The notes: generated from the letters alone by a model not told the origin. A stretch of 51,760 nt of DNA from Thermodesulfobacteriota bacterium (GCA_035256645.1 DATEXU010000170.1:1-51760), one strand, 5' to 3'; counted from the stretch's first letter, positions 20,665 through 28,904 are shown. Translations and numbers: made by a program.

Positions 20665-22569
20665 ATGCTCAGTGTTTTAAGAAAATATGCGAGATCAATT
20701 TTTATCTATTTTATCCCTTTTCTCATTATTAGTTTCGTGTTGTATTTTGGCTGGACCGACATCCGCGAAAGGCAAGAAAGTTGGATGGTAAAAGTGAACA
20801 AGAGCACTATTTCGGCAGCCGAATATCGGAAATATTACACGCAGCTGATAGATTACTACAAAAAGATTTATCAGGTGGACCTGACCCCGGATCTGATTGA
20901 AAAACTCGGGGTAAAACAACAAATCACTGATAACCTCATTAACGAACTTATTTTACTGGAAACTGCGGAAAAGGTCAGCCTGATGGTCCCGGAAGCTGAG
21001 CTGAAAAAAACCATTGAAGCTGTACCCGGATTTCAAAAGAACGGAAAATTTGACGACCAAACATATCAGGAGCTTTTGAGTCAGAACAAAGTCACTCCGC
21101 AAGAATTTGAAAAAGATCAGCGAAAAGGACTCATGGTTTCTCGAATAAGAGATTTGATAATCGATGGAGTGAAATATTCTGAAAAGGAACTCCAGGACAA
21201 GTTTATCTGGGAAAACGAAAAGGTTGATCTGGAATTCGCGGAGATTGACCCCGAAAATTTTTTCAATGTGGGCGAGCCCAGGGAAGAAGAAGTAAAAGCT
21301 TATTATGATAAGCATAAAGAAGAGTTCCGCGTGCCCGAAAAAATCAAAATTAGTTATCTAAAATTTTCGCCCGAAGATTTTGAAAACAAAACCTCGGTTT
21401 CTCCCGAGGAAATTGATGAGTACTATAAAAATTTTTCCGAGGAATTTTGGGAGCCCAAGAAAGTCCATGCTCGGCACATATTAATCAAAGTTAATCCAGG
21501 CTCAAAAAGCGAGGAGAAAATAGAAGCTGAAAAGAAAGCCGAGGAAATTCTTTCTCTCATTAAGGGAGGAAAGCCTTTTGAGCGCTTGGCCCTCATGTAT
21601 TCCCAAGATCAGGCCACAGCCAAAGAGGGGGGGGATTTAGGGTTTTTCCCCCCGGGCCAAATGATAAAGGAATTTGATGATGTCGCATTTGATCTTAAGC
21701 CCGGAGAGGTGAGCGGGGTGTTTGAGACTAAATTCGGATTTCATATAATTAAGGTTGAGGAAATAAAAGAAGAGAGAACAAAACCATTCGAGGAAGCCAA
21801 GGAAGAAATTCGGGAGAAGCTCATCAAGGAAAAAACCCAAGACCTCATAAAAAAGGAGGCTTATCGCGGTTACCGGACCATCCTTAAGACGAAAGACCTT
21901 AAAGGATACGCCGATCAAGGGGGACTAAAAGTAGTCGAAAGCAATTATTTTTCTCGAGAGGAAAGCTCCCCGATAGCGGGGGACTCCGGGGAGTTTGTGG
22001 AAGAAATTTTTGGATTTAACCCTGGAGAAATAGCTTCGCCCAAGGATATCAACGAAAGCTACTATATTATTCGGCTCGAGGATAAAAAGAAAAGCTACCT
22101 TCCCCCGGTGGGGGAAGCAAAAGAAAAGATAGTGGTGATTCTAAAAAGAGAAATTCAAAAAGAAGCTGCCAAAAGAAAAGGCGAGGAAGTGCTTAAAAAG
22201 CTTATCCAAGGGAGCTCTTTTCCAGAGGCAATAACAGATCAAGAAAAACCAACCATTAAAGAAACAGGCCTTTTTACTCGCACGAACACCAACATTCCCA
22301 AAATCGGGATTTCACCCGAAATGATGGTGGCCGCCTTTGGCTTGAGGCCCGAAGCGCCTTTTGCGAAAGAAGTATTTGAGGTGGGCGGAAAAATTTATCT
22401 GATAAAACTAAAAGCAAGAGAAGAAGTGCCGCCCGAAGAATTTTTAGATAAAAAAAGCAAAGCAGAAAAAAGGTATCTTTATGAGAAAACGAATGAGTAT
22501 TTGGAAGATTGGTTAAAAAATGGGCGGCTTCAAGCAAACATCGTTTTTAACCAGAGGGTTAATCCCTGA
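20665..22569 (+). CDS. ppiD: periplasmic chaperone PpiD-like (SurA N-terminal domain plus parvulin PPIase)
   Basis: The ATG at 20665 gives MLSVLRKYARSIFIYFIPFLIISF (membrane anchor). The parvulin block is HARHILIKV...GGDLGFF..GQM..EFD..AF.LKPGEVS..FET.FGFHIIKV. Confidence 0.8.
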   Translation: MLSVLRKYARSIFIYFIPFLIISFVLYFGWTDIRERQESWMVKVNKSTISAAEYRKYYTQLIDYYKKIYQVDLTPDLIEKLGVKQQITDNLINELILLETAEKVSLMVPEAELKKTIEAVPGFQKNGKFDDQTYQELLSQNKVTPQEFEKDQRKGLMVSRIRDLIIDGVKYSEKELQDKFIWENEKVDLEFAEIDPENFFNVGEPREEEVKAYYDKHKEEFRVPEKIKISYLKFSPEDFENKTSVSPEEIDEYYKNFSEEFWEPKKVHARHILIKVNPGSKSEEKIEAEKKAEEILSLIKGGKPFERLALMYSQDQATAKEGGDLGFFPPGQMIKEFDDVAFDLKPGEVSGVFETKFGFHIIKVEEIKEERTKPFEEAKEEIREKLIKEKTQDLIKKEAYRGYRTILKTKDLKGYADQGGLKVVESNYFSREESSPIAGDSGEFVEEIFGFNPGEIASPKDINESYYIIRLEDKKKSYLPPVGEAKEKIVVILKREIQKEAAKRKGEEVLKKLIQGSSFPEAITDQEKPTIKETGLFTRTNTNIPKIGISPEMMVAAFGLRPEAPFAKEVFEVGGKIYLIKLKAREEVPPEEFLDKKSKAEKRYLYEKTNEYLEDWLKNGRLQANIVFNQRVNP

Positions 22570-22608
22570 CAGCAATACAGGCAAAACGAACCGACCAGGC
22601 GACCAAGA

Positions 22609-23241
22609 ATGCACCGATTAAAAAAAGGAGTGCTGATTGTCTTCGAAGGGGTTGATGGGGCAGGAAAAAGCACGCAGGCACGATTATTATACGAGCGACT
22701 ATCCAAAGCTCAATTCGAAGCCGAGCTCTCCAAAGAGCCGACCGAAGGAACGTGGGGGAAAAAATTAAGAAAACTGATCGAGGAGGGACGGGGAGATGTG
22801 GGCCCGCAGGAAGAGCTTGAATGGTTTATAAAAGATCGCTTTCAACACGTGGAAGAAATTATTAAACCTGGACTAAAAAATAACAAAATAATTATTTTGG
22901 ATCGGTACTATTTTTCCACGATCGCCTACCAGGGAGCCCTTGGTGTTGACCCAAAGGAAATCGAGAAGAGAAACAATGAATTTGCTCCTGAGCCGAACCT
23001 GGTTTTTTTAATCGAGATACCACCGGGCGCGGGGATTAAGAGAATAAAAGAATCAAGGGGAAAAGAAACAGATTCGTTTGAGAGAGAAAGCTACCTTTTA
23101 AGGGTGGACCAAATTTTTCACAGCTTAGAAAAACCTTTTCTTTATCGGCTTTCTGGAGAGGAATCTGTTCAAAAGCTGAGCGACCAGACTTGGAAAAGAA
23201 CCACGGCCCATTTAAAAGAGCGCAACCTGATCGAAAGATAA
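22609..23241 (+). CDS. tmk: thymidylate (dTMP) kinase
   Basis: [17 protein letters not shown]-loop, DRY..ST.AYQG. 210 aa. Confidence 0.92.
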   Translation: MHRLKKGVLIVFEGVDGAGKSTQARLLYERLSKAQFEAELSKEPTEGTWGKKLRKLIEEGRGDVGPQEELEWFIKDRFQHVEEIIKPGLKNNKIIILDRYYFSTIAYQGALGVDPKEIEKRNNEFAPEPNLVFLIEIPPGAGIKRIKESRGKETDSFERESYLLRVDQIFHSLEKPFLYRLSGEESVQKLSDQTWKRTTAHLKERNLIER

Positions 23242-23267
23242 CGATCTTTTTTCAAGGAGGGTTTAAA

Positions 23268-24062
23268 ATGATTACCGGAAAATTAATCAGAATAGAAAGA
23301 ATCATTAACCGTAACACCAAGAAAACGGTTATTGTGCCGATGGATCACGGTGTTTCTTCCGGACCCATAAAGGGGTTGATCGACCTGGGGAAAACGGTAA
23401 ACATGATTGCCGAAGGAGGCGCGAACGCGGTGATCGGACATCTGGGCCTTCCTCTCCATGGGCATCGGGGCACCGGAAAAGACATTGGCTTAATCCTGCA
23501 CCTGTCCGCTTCAACCTCTCTGGGGCCTGACCCAAATCACAAGGTTTTGGTCAACTCAGTTCAACATGCTCTAAAAATGGGCGCCGACGGTGTATCAGTC
23601 CATATTAATATTGGCGCTGATGATGAAGCCAAAATGCTGGAAGACTTGGGCAAGGTCGCGGTTGAGTGCATGGAGTGGGGAATGCCGCTTTTAGCCATGA
23701 TGTATCCTCGCGGCGCGAAAATCAAGAGCGAAAATGACGTTGAAGTGGTAAAGCATGCGGCCCGAGTCGGGGCAGAGATGGGCGCCGACATTGTCAAGTG
23801 CCCTTATACCGGCAGCCCGGAATCATTCAGGGAAGTAGTGGCAGGTTGCCCTGTGCCGGTAGTGATCGCCGGAGGCTCAAAGCTGAGCGATGAAGAAACC
23901 TTGAAGATGATTGATGGGGCGATGAAGGCTGGAGCCGCCGGGCTTTCGATGGGGAGAAATGCTTTTCAACACGAAAACCCCGCTAAATTCGTAAAAGCGG
24001 CTTGCGCTATGGTGCATGAAGGAATTTCAGTTAAAGAAGCGCTCAAGATGATCCGGTCTTAA
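23268..24062 (+). CDS. aroA': 2-amino-3,7-dideoxy-D-threo-hept-6-ulosonate synthase (AroA', class I aldolase / DhnA family)
   Basis: The ATG at 23268 is preceded by [43 protein letters not shown]...[12 protein letters not shown]...[11 protein letters not shown]...VVIAGG...GRN.FQH is near-colinear with my recollection of M. jannaschii MJ0400. Confidence 0.8.
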   Translation: MITGKLIRIERIINRNTKKTVIVPMDHGVSSGPIKGLIDLGKTVNMIAEGGANAVIGHLGLPLHGHRGTGKDIGLILHLSASTSLGPDPNHKVLVNSVQHALKMGADGVSVHINIGADDEAKMLEDLGKVAVECMEWGMPLLAMMYPRGAKIKSENDVEVVKHAARVGAEMGADIVKCPYTGSPESFREVVAGCPVPVVIAGGSKLSDEETLKMIDGAMKAGAAGLSMGRNAFQHENPAKFVKAACAMVHEGISVKEALKMIRS

Positions 24063-24327
24063 TTATACAAGAGGAGGGTATAGCGGCAGCCGATCTCGCT
24101 TAAGACATCAAATCCGACCTCGCTATTGAAAAGAAGGCCGGGTGATTTATTTAATTTATATTTAATTAAAAGAGGATAGGGGATCAATGACTCTGCAAAA
24201 TAAAATAGGCCAGATTACCACATAAAAAGGTAGAAGGCCTTTTTGCTTTGGGGCGGAAGGAAATTTCGAGGGTGGTTTATACGGATCAATATAAAAACTG
24301 TTATATGGCTTTAAAAAGGATTGGAAA

Positions 24328-24816
24328 ATGAGTTTGAATGATTATCTGAAATGTCCGGGGCTTGATCGTGTCGCAAACGCTGTTCCGGAAATGCGCCTTT
24401 GTCATAAATGCGGAAGCGACGTTGAAATTTGGACAGATGAAAAGAAAGGAAGATGCTCAAAGCGCGGTACAATGATCAAAAACAGAAACCTTCAACCCGG
24501 TGATGAGAAAAAAAGTGAATCATGTCTTCAAAAAGCTGAACATGATCTGAATTTGAAGGAATTGGTTCGATTGGCGCGTTCATCGGGAGCAAGTGATGCC
24601 CAAATAATATTTTCAGGCGACCTTTTAGTTAAAAACGATTTGGCGGATCTTTGCAAAGAACCTCAATGCGAAAATTACGGACTGTCGCTGAGCTGTCCTC
24701 CGCATATTTCCGAACTGATGAAGGTTTGCGGTTGGCCTTTGAATATTAATGACCGTGAACCAGGATCAGGCGCTGACTCAATGTCGTGGGTTGCCGGCCT
24801 GGTCATGGTTGGTTAA
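24328..24816 (+). CDS. Zn-ribbon / DUF2284-like metal-binding protein, apparently C-terminally truncated at a repeat boundary (possible pseudogene)
   Basis: CHKCGSDVEIW...GRC is a ribbon, followed by the DUF2284 signature C-x4-C-x-NYG-x4-CPP (CKEPQCENYGLSLSCPPH). Only 36 aa follow, where I recall the family having a much longer C-terminal part. The stop codon directly abuts the 105-nt repeat. Confidence 0.5.
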   Translation: MSLNDYLKCPGLDRVANAVPEMRLCHKCGSDVEIWTDEKKGRCSKRGTMIKNRNLQPGDEKKSESCLQKAEHDLNLKELVRLARSSGASDAQIIFSGDLLVKNDLADLCKEPQCENYGLSLSCPPHISELMKVCGWPLNINDREPGSGADSMSWVAGLVMVG

Positions 24817-24920
24817 TAGCAAGGCGCCTTCATTTGTATATCTTTGTTGTCTCCTCGTCATACTCCTCGACGTCGATTCCTCGTCCCTGACTCGATCTGC
24901 TTTTGAATGCAACTTGATAT
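24816..24920 (+). repeat. 105-nt interspersed repeat with terminal inverted repeats, copy A
   Basis: atagCAAGGCGCCTTCAtttgtatatctttgttgtctcctcgtcatactcctcgacgtcgattcctcgtccctgactcgatctgcttTTGAATGCAACTTGatat. Near-identical to the copies at 47249 and 47956. Confidence 0.9.
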
Positions 24921-24941
24921 AAGAAGCTCCCTTAAAAGCAA

Positions 24942-24971
24942 AGCGATCCGGAGGAGAGTTGAAGGATCGCT
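24942..24971 (-). terminator. hairpin terminator candidate for the LTxxQ-lipoprotein / small-TM transcript
   Basis: AGCGATCC (24942-24949) pairs with GGATCGCT (24964-24971), an 8-bp stem. On the minus strand it is followed by TTGCTTTT, 23 nt after the stop at 24994. Confidence 0.4.
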
Positions 24972-24993
24972 CCTGCAACAAACGCCAATCCCA

Positions 24994-25161
24994 TTATTTT
25001 CCTCTTCCTTTGTCTTTCGATATAGTTTTGTCGGCTGATTTATCCCGACGATGAAAAGGAGATATACCATCTTCCCTTAGTGCGATTATCACTATAAGTA
25101 TACCAATGCCCAACACGACCATAATGATAACAATAAGCATTAAATTAAGCGCGGCAACCAT
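24994..25161 (-). CDS. small single-pass membrane protein (55 aa)
   Basis: Own translation, below the track cutoff: MVAALNLMLIVIIMVVLGIGILIVIIALREDGISPFHRRDKSADKTISKDKGRGK. One strong TM helix plus a basic tail. It lies 80 nt downstream of the 25242 gene on the same strand. Confidence 0.4.
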   Translation of the reverse strand: MVAALNLMLIVIIMVVLGIGILIVIIALREDGISPFHRRDKSADKTISKDKGRGK

Positions 25162-25241
25162 TTTCGCTCGTATTTAAAAGTGAATAGAAATTTCGGGTTC
25201 ATATCATATCTGGGGTAATTTTGCCTGGAGTTTTGTTTGGG

Positions 25242-25814
25242 TTACATTCCCGGTGGCATACCTCCACCTCCACCCATGCCTCCGCCTCCCCAGCCTCCCC
25301 CACCCCTACCTCCGCCCATTCCTCCCCTGCCGCCCGGCCTTTCTCCGCCCATCCCTTGTGGTCCACTTTCCGGTGATCTCGGCTGCAGCTCGTCTTGCAT
25401 CTTTTGATACTCTCTCATCTGTTTTTCTGTCAGGACTGCCGCGAGTTGTTTTTCGGTCGATTCACCAAGGCGTTGCAACTCGCACCTCAAGCAACAGTCC
25501 CCTCCACGGGGTTCTTGTCCTTTATACCTCCCAATAATGTCCTGCTGTTTCTTGCAGTATTCCTCCATTATCGGACGAATTTTTTCTTGCTGCTCATCAG
25601 TGAGGTTAAGTCGGTCTCTCATTGACGCAAGGAGTTCTTCCGGTGTATACTGTGGTAGCGTCATTCCCCCTCCAGGGGGAGCTCCCCTTCGCATCCTTGG
25701 CTGCGAACATGCAACCAGGAAGATGAGCAGGAAAAAGAGCATTATTTTTGGTAAATGTTTTAAAAAACGATGCTTACAAATATATGTGATTGACGATTTG
25801 CTTTCTCCATTCAT
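25242..25814 (-). CDS. LTxxQ-motif (Spy/CpxP/ZraP-like) periplasmic lipoprotein with Gly/Met-rich C-terminal tail
   Basis: Lipobox FLVAC after a basic n-region. LNLTDEQQEKIRPI and VLTEKQMREY are LTxxQ repeats. The tail is GMGGERPGGRGGMGGGRGGGGWGGGGMGGGGGMPPGM. Confidence 0.7.
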   Translation of the reverse strand: MNGESKSSITYICKHRFLKHLPKIMLFFLLIFLVACSQPRMRRGAPPGGGMTLPQYTPEELLASMRDRLNLTDEQQEKIRPIMEEYCKKQQDIIGRYKGQEPRGGDCCLRCELQRLGESTEKQLAAVLTEKQMREYQKMQDELQPRSPESGPQGMGGERPGGRGGMGGGRGGGGWGGGGMGGGGGMPPGM

Positions 25815-26034
25815 AACGATCTCCTTTCGTTATAACTACGTATGCCAGATGCCGAGAAGCCTCATTAATGAACATTGTCGTTTGATGTTTAAGAAAGGTT
25901 ACACAACAATAAGATTTTTTATTGCAGAGAAAATTTTCATCGCGAAGGACATCTGGGGAATTCGCAAATATTTTTAGTTAAAACAACATGTTTCGGTATA
26001 AAAAAAATCAAAAAATTCAGCACGACCTATTTTC

Positions 26035-26054
26035 TTGTAACTTTTTCGAATCAG
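26035..26054 (+). promoter_or_regulatory. shared 20-nt motif, copy 1 (candidate ECF-type promoter or operator)
   Basis: TTGTAACTTTTTCGAATCAG is 16/20 identical to the motif at 26956-26975. TGTAAC resembles -35 elements of some ECF sigma regulons. It lies about 145 nt upstream of the 26200 start. Confidence 0.3.
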
Positions 26055-26199
26055 CCCGCAACTATATAAGTGAAGAGAAAATGGGCAGACGAAAGTCAAA
26101 GAATGGTTCTATGGAGGATCCTCCTTTTGCTTCAAGCAGCATTAAAGGGTTTAAAGAGAAGGAAGATAAACAATAACTTTTATCATGAAAGGAGAACAC

Positions 26200-26892
26200 A
26201 TGAGCAAACCTAAATTAATTGGCGGCCTGCTTCTGGTATTTATTTTAGGCGCCCTGGCTGGAGGATGGGGAAATCAGTTATACTTTATGCATAGCATAAA
26301 GTATAAATTTGAGCGATTCGCAAAGGGTGGGCTGCCGCCGTGTATGCCTGGGCACAGAACGGAACGATTCGCCGAAGGTGGGCCGATGCCGTTTATGTCT
26401 GGACATAGGATGAAGGGATTTGCGGAAGGCGGGCAACCGCCATGTATGTCTGGGGCCAGAATGGAGCGATGCGGGAAAATAATTAATGAGCTCGGCCTGA
26501 CGGAAGACCAAAAGAAAAAGGTTGATGATATCTTGACCAAAAATCAAGACGAAAGAAAAAAGCTTATGGATAGCCTCAGGGAAGCGAAAAAACAGCTCAA
26601 CACAGTGGTTTCTGCCAAAGAATTTGATGAAGCTGCTTTCCGGAAAGGTTTTCAACAGGTATCATCCATTAAGGAAAACTTAGCGGTGCTCAGGGCAAAA
26701 ATGATTCCAGAGCTAAAGGCTGTACTTATTCCTGAGCAGATCGGATACCTGAAGGGGCGAATGGACGCAAGAAAAGAGTTTTGCGAGAAAAACCGCGGGT
26801 TTTCTCGGCAGGGGCATCACGGCGCCCTGGCAGAACCTGATATGCAGCACCCCCAACGCCACCAGGAACAAGGCGACCAACCGAACTCTTAA
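26200..26892 (+). CDS. membrane-anchored LTxxQ (Spy/CpxP/ZraP-like) periplasmic protein with a 3x17-aa Cys/Met/His repeat
   Basis: The ATG at 26200 is preceded by AAAGGAG, and the N-terminus MSKPKLIGGLLLVFILGALAGG parallels the paralogue at 27987. LGLTEDQKKKV and LIPEQIGYL are the LTxxQ motifs. The C-terminus is His/Gln-rich. Confidence 0.7.
   Translation: MSKPKLIGGLLLVFILGALAGGWGNQLYFMHSIKYKFERFAKGGLPPCMPGHRTERFAEGGPMPFMSGHRMKGFAEGGQPPCMSGARMERCGKIINELGLTEDQKKKVDDILTKNQDERKKLMDSLREAKKQLNTVVSAKEFDEAAFRKGFQQVSSIKENLAVLRAKMIPELKAVLIPEQIGYLKGRMDARKEFCEKNRGFSRQGHHGALAEPDMQHPQRHQEQGDQPNS
26311..26463 (+). repeat. 3 x 51-nt in-frame tandem repeat inside the CDS
   Basis: ERFAKGGLPPCMPGHRT / ERFAEGGPMPFMSGHRM / KGFAEGGQPPCMSGARM, with units at 26311, 26362 and 26413. 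Confidence 0.85.
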
Positions 26893-26955
26893 CTATAGTG
26901 AAAGGCATGTGCCGAACGGGGCAGGAAAAATATTATCTCCTGCCTCGAAACTCGG

Positions 26956-26975
26956 TTGTAAAATTTTGTAATCAG
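26956..26975 (+). promoter_or_regulatory. shared 20-nt motif, copy 2, upstream of the ECF sigma gene
   Basis: TTGTAAAATTTTGTAATCAG has the same TTGTAA-N8-AATCAG spacing as copy 1. It lies about 65-75 nt upstream of the sigma-factor start. Confidence 0.3.
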
Positions 26976-27038
26976 TTTAAAATAAGCAAAGGTGAAAAAA
27001 GCTGTTTAAAATTCAAAGCCGAGTAAACTACTGCTTTA

Positions 27039-27638
27039 TTGTTAGAGATGCCTACTCATACTACCATTGTAGAGGACTACGACATTGTTCGCCGGGTTAT
27101 TGGCGGAGACATTAACACGTTTGGATTTTTGGTGAAAAAATACCAGGGACACATTTTAAGTGTTGTGGGCAATCACATACCGTATAACCAGGCAGAGGAG
27201 GTAGCGCATGATGTTTTTGTAAAAGCGTATCAGTCTCTGCTGACTTTTAAATATAAGGGCGGCTTTAAACAGTGGCTGTCGGTAATTGCTGTAAGAACGT
27301 GTTGTGATTATTGGAGAAAAGAATACCGTTCCCGCGAAATCCCGATGAGTTCTTGCTCCGAAGAAGAGCAGAAATTCGTGGAAAGGGCGTCGGCAAAGCA
27401 ATCTATCCAAGCCACATCCCAGGAAAATTCCCAGAAGAAGGCCCGCGAATTATTGGATAGGGCTTTGGTTAAATTGTCGCCTGAGGATAAAATGGCTTTA
27501 GAGATGGTTTACCTGGAGGGCCTTTCGGCCAAAGAAGCTGCCGGCCTTCTCGGGTGGAGCGTTGCGAATGTGAAAATTCGTTTATTTCGCTCTCGAAAAA
27601 AACTTCGCAAGATCCTTACAGGATTTTTAGAAAATTAA
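27039..27638 (+). CDS. ECF-subfamily RNA polymerase sigma-70 factor
   Basis: 199 aa. Region 2 is F..LV.KYQG.I......H......AEEVAHDVFVKAY. Region 4 HTH is LSAKEAAGLLGWSVANVKIRLFRSRKKL. The start is TTG 27039 or ATG 27048. Confidence 0.88.
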   Translation: MLEMPTHTTIVEDYDIVRRVIGGDINTFGFLVKKYQGHILSVVGNHIPYNQAEEVAHDVFVKAYQSLLTFKYKGGFKQWLSVIAVRTCCDYWRKEYRSREIPMSSCSEEEQKFVERASAKQSIQATSQENSQKKARELLDRALVKLSPEDKMALEMVYLEGLSAKEAAGLLGWSVANVKIRLFRSRKKLRKILTGFLEN

Positions 27639-27973
27639 TGGAGGATGGTATGCGATTTGATAAAAAAAATTATACACAACTGGAAAGTGCGCTCATAAAA
27701 GCATATCGGGAAAAAGAAAAACCCCAGGTAAGTGAGCAATGGGAAATGAATGTCATGCAACACATCCGCAGCCTCGGGGCGCTTCCTTTTAAAACAAGCC
27801 CGTTTGAGCTTTTTGAGCAATTTGGGTGGCGTTTTGCGCCGGCTGCTTGTGTTGTGATCGCTTTGTTGACCTTTTGGATGGTCAAGCTTGACGTTACTCC
27901 TGAGGATGAAATGGCAAAATTTTCTATAGACCATCCCATTGAAGCGAGCTACATAGAAATGCCTGGGCTATAA
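27638..27973 (+). CDS. putative anti-sigma factor (single-pass membrane protein)
   Basis: Its start overlaps the sigma stop (TAATG). An alternative ATG at 27650 follows GGAGGA. There is one TM helix (FAPAACVVIALLTFWMV). The assignment is by position only. Confidence 0.4.
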   Translation: MEDGMRFDKKNYTQLESALIKAYREKEKPQVSEQWEMNVMQHIRSLGALPFKTSPFELFEQFGWRFAPAACVVIALLTFWMVKLDVTPEDEMAKFSIDHPIEASYIEMPGL

Positions 27974-27986
27974 GGAGGGAGAAGAT

Positions 27987-28742
27987 ATGAACAAACTAAA
28001 AGTAGCAATAATATTGCTTCTGGTGTTTGCTGTAGGCGCGCTGGCAGGTTCTTTAGGAAACAAGCTTTACTTTAAACATAGATTTGAGCGATTCGTTAAA
28101 GGCGGGCGACCGCCGCTCATGCATATACTGATGAGAAAAATGGTTCATGAACTCAACCTAACAGAAGCGCAAAAAGCGGACATTGAAAAAATTGTGAGTC
28201 AGGCAGAGAAACAGATAGAGGCCTTCAGACAGAAATACCGTCCGGAATTTGAAAAAATTATGGATGACACCATCGCACAGATAAAAGAAAAGCTAACCGA
28301 TGAGCAGAAAAAGAAGTTGGACAAATTACATGAAGAATTAAAAATGAGGGGACGAATGGGCCCGAGAGGCATGCCCCATCCACCCATGATGGGCGGAATG
28401 CCCGATCAATTATTTGCCACCATGAAAGAGTGCCTTAATCTAACCAAAGCGCAAGAAGAAAAAATCCGCCCGATTATAGATGCGAGCAGGGGAAAAATGC
28501 GAACCATACTTAAAAAACATGGGGAACAAGAACGAGAGAATATGCGCATATTGGAAAACGATATGCAGGCGCTTGACAAGGATATTGAAAAACAGCTTGG
28601 CTCAGTCCTGACCGAAGAACAATTAAAAGAGTATCAGAAAATTCAAGAAGAGCGATGTCGGGAAATGCGCCCGGAAACGCCTCCGGAAATGCACCACCAC
28701 GCACCCCCGGAATTCGAGCCAGGTCCTCCTCCTGTGCATTGA
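27987..28742 (+). CDS. membrane-anchored LTxxQ (Spy/CpxP/ZraP-like) periplasmic protein, Met/His/Pro-rich
   Basis: The N-terminus and the FERFVKGGRPPLM motif are paralogous to the 26200 gene. There are four LTxxQ-type motifs (LNLTEAQKADI, KLTDEQKKKL, LNLTKAQEEKI, VLTEEQLKEY). It also has MGPRGMPHPPMMGGMP and a C-terminal PPEMHHHAPPEFEPGPPPVH. Confidence 0.7.
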   Translation: MNKLKVAIILLLVFAVGALAGSLGNKLYFKHRFERFVKGGRPPLMHILMRKMVHELNLTEAQKADIEKIVSQAEKQIEAFRQKYRPEFEKIMDDTIAQIKEKLTDEQKKKLDKLHEELKMRGRMGPRGMPHPPMMGGMPDQLFATMKECLNLTKAQEEKIRPIIDASRGKMRTILKKHGEQERENMRILENDMQALDKDIEKQLGSVLTEEQLKEYQKIQEERCREMRPETPPEMHHHAPPEFEPGPPPVH

Positions 28743-28787
28743 GACAGTTCGCAATAGCCATTTGACCATCAGTGATAACAGAAAAAA

Positions 28788-28824
28788 CAGGGTGGTTAAC
28801 ATTTTAGTTAACCACCCTGTTTTA
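28788..28824. terminator. strong bidirectional Rho-independent terminator
   Basis: CAGGGTGGTTAAC-atttta-GTTAACCACCCTG is a perfect 13-bp stem. It is flanked by A6 upstream and TTTTA downstream, between the converging LTxxQ gene and the tRNA genes. Confidence 0.85.
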
Positions 28825-28829
28825 ATAAG

Positions 28830-28904
28830 CGTCCCCAACGGGATTTGAACCCGTGTTGCCGGCGTGAAAGGCCGGTGTCCTGGGCCGGGCTAGACGATGG
28901 GGAC
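28830..28904 (-). tRNA. tRNA-Glu (anticodon UUC)
   Basis: The reverse complement GTCCCCATCGTCTAGCCCGGCCCAGGACACCGGCCTTTCACGCCGGCAACACGGGTTCAAATCCCGTTGGGGACG folds by hand into a cloverleaf. Acceptor GTCCCCA/TGGGGAC, anticodon stem CCGGC/GCCGG with loop CTTTCAC, T arm ACGGG-TTCAAAT-CCCGT. Confidence 0.92.

Noticed and set aside
23190-23267. An N-terminal 26-codon extension of the aroA' ORF that overlaps tmk.
   Set aside because: The ATG at 23268 has a consensus AAGGAGG upstream and matches the family N-terminus. The extension overlaps the tmk 3' end.
24186-24224. A 12-codon mini-ORF (MTLQNKIGQITT) upstream of the DUF2284-like gene as a leader peptide.
   Set aside because: There is no attenuator structure, conserved context or RBS to support it, so it is indistinguishable from chance.
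24778-25070. Minus-strand ORFs (24778..24981, 24858..25070, and also 35598..35879) share the peptide MTRRQQRY.NEG.
   Set aside because: The shared peptide is simply the translated 105-nt repeat. These ORFs have no RBS context of their own and differ in frame continuation at each copy.
25988-26176. A 62-aa ORF in the divergent intergenic region of the LTxxQ locus.
   Set aside because: It has no RBS and its composition is lysine-rich and low-complexity. It overlaps the candidate promoter motif. It is more likely non-coding leader or promoter DNA.
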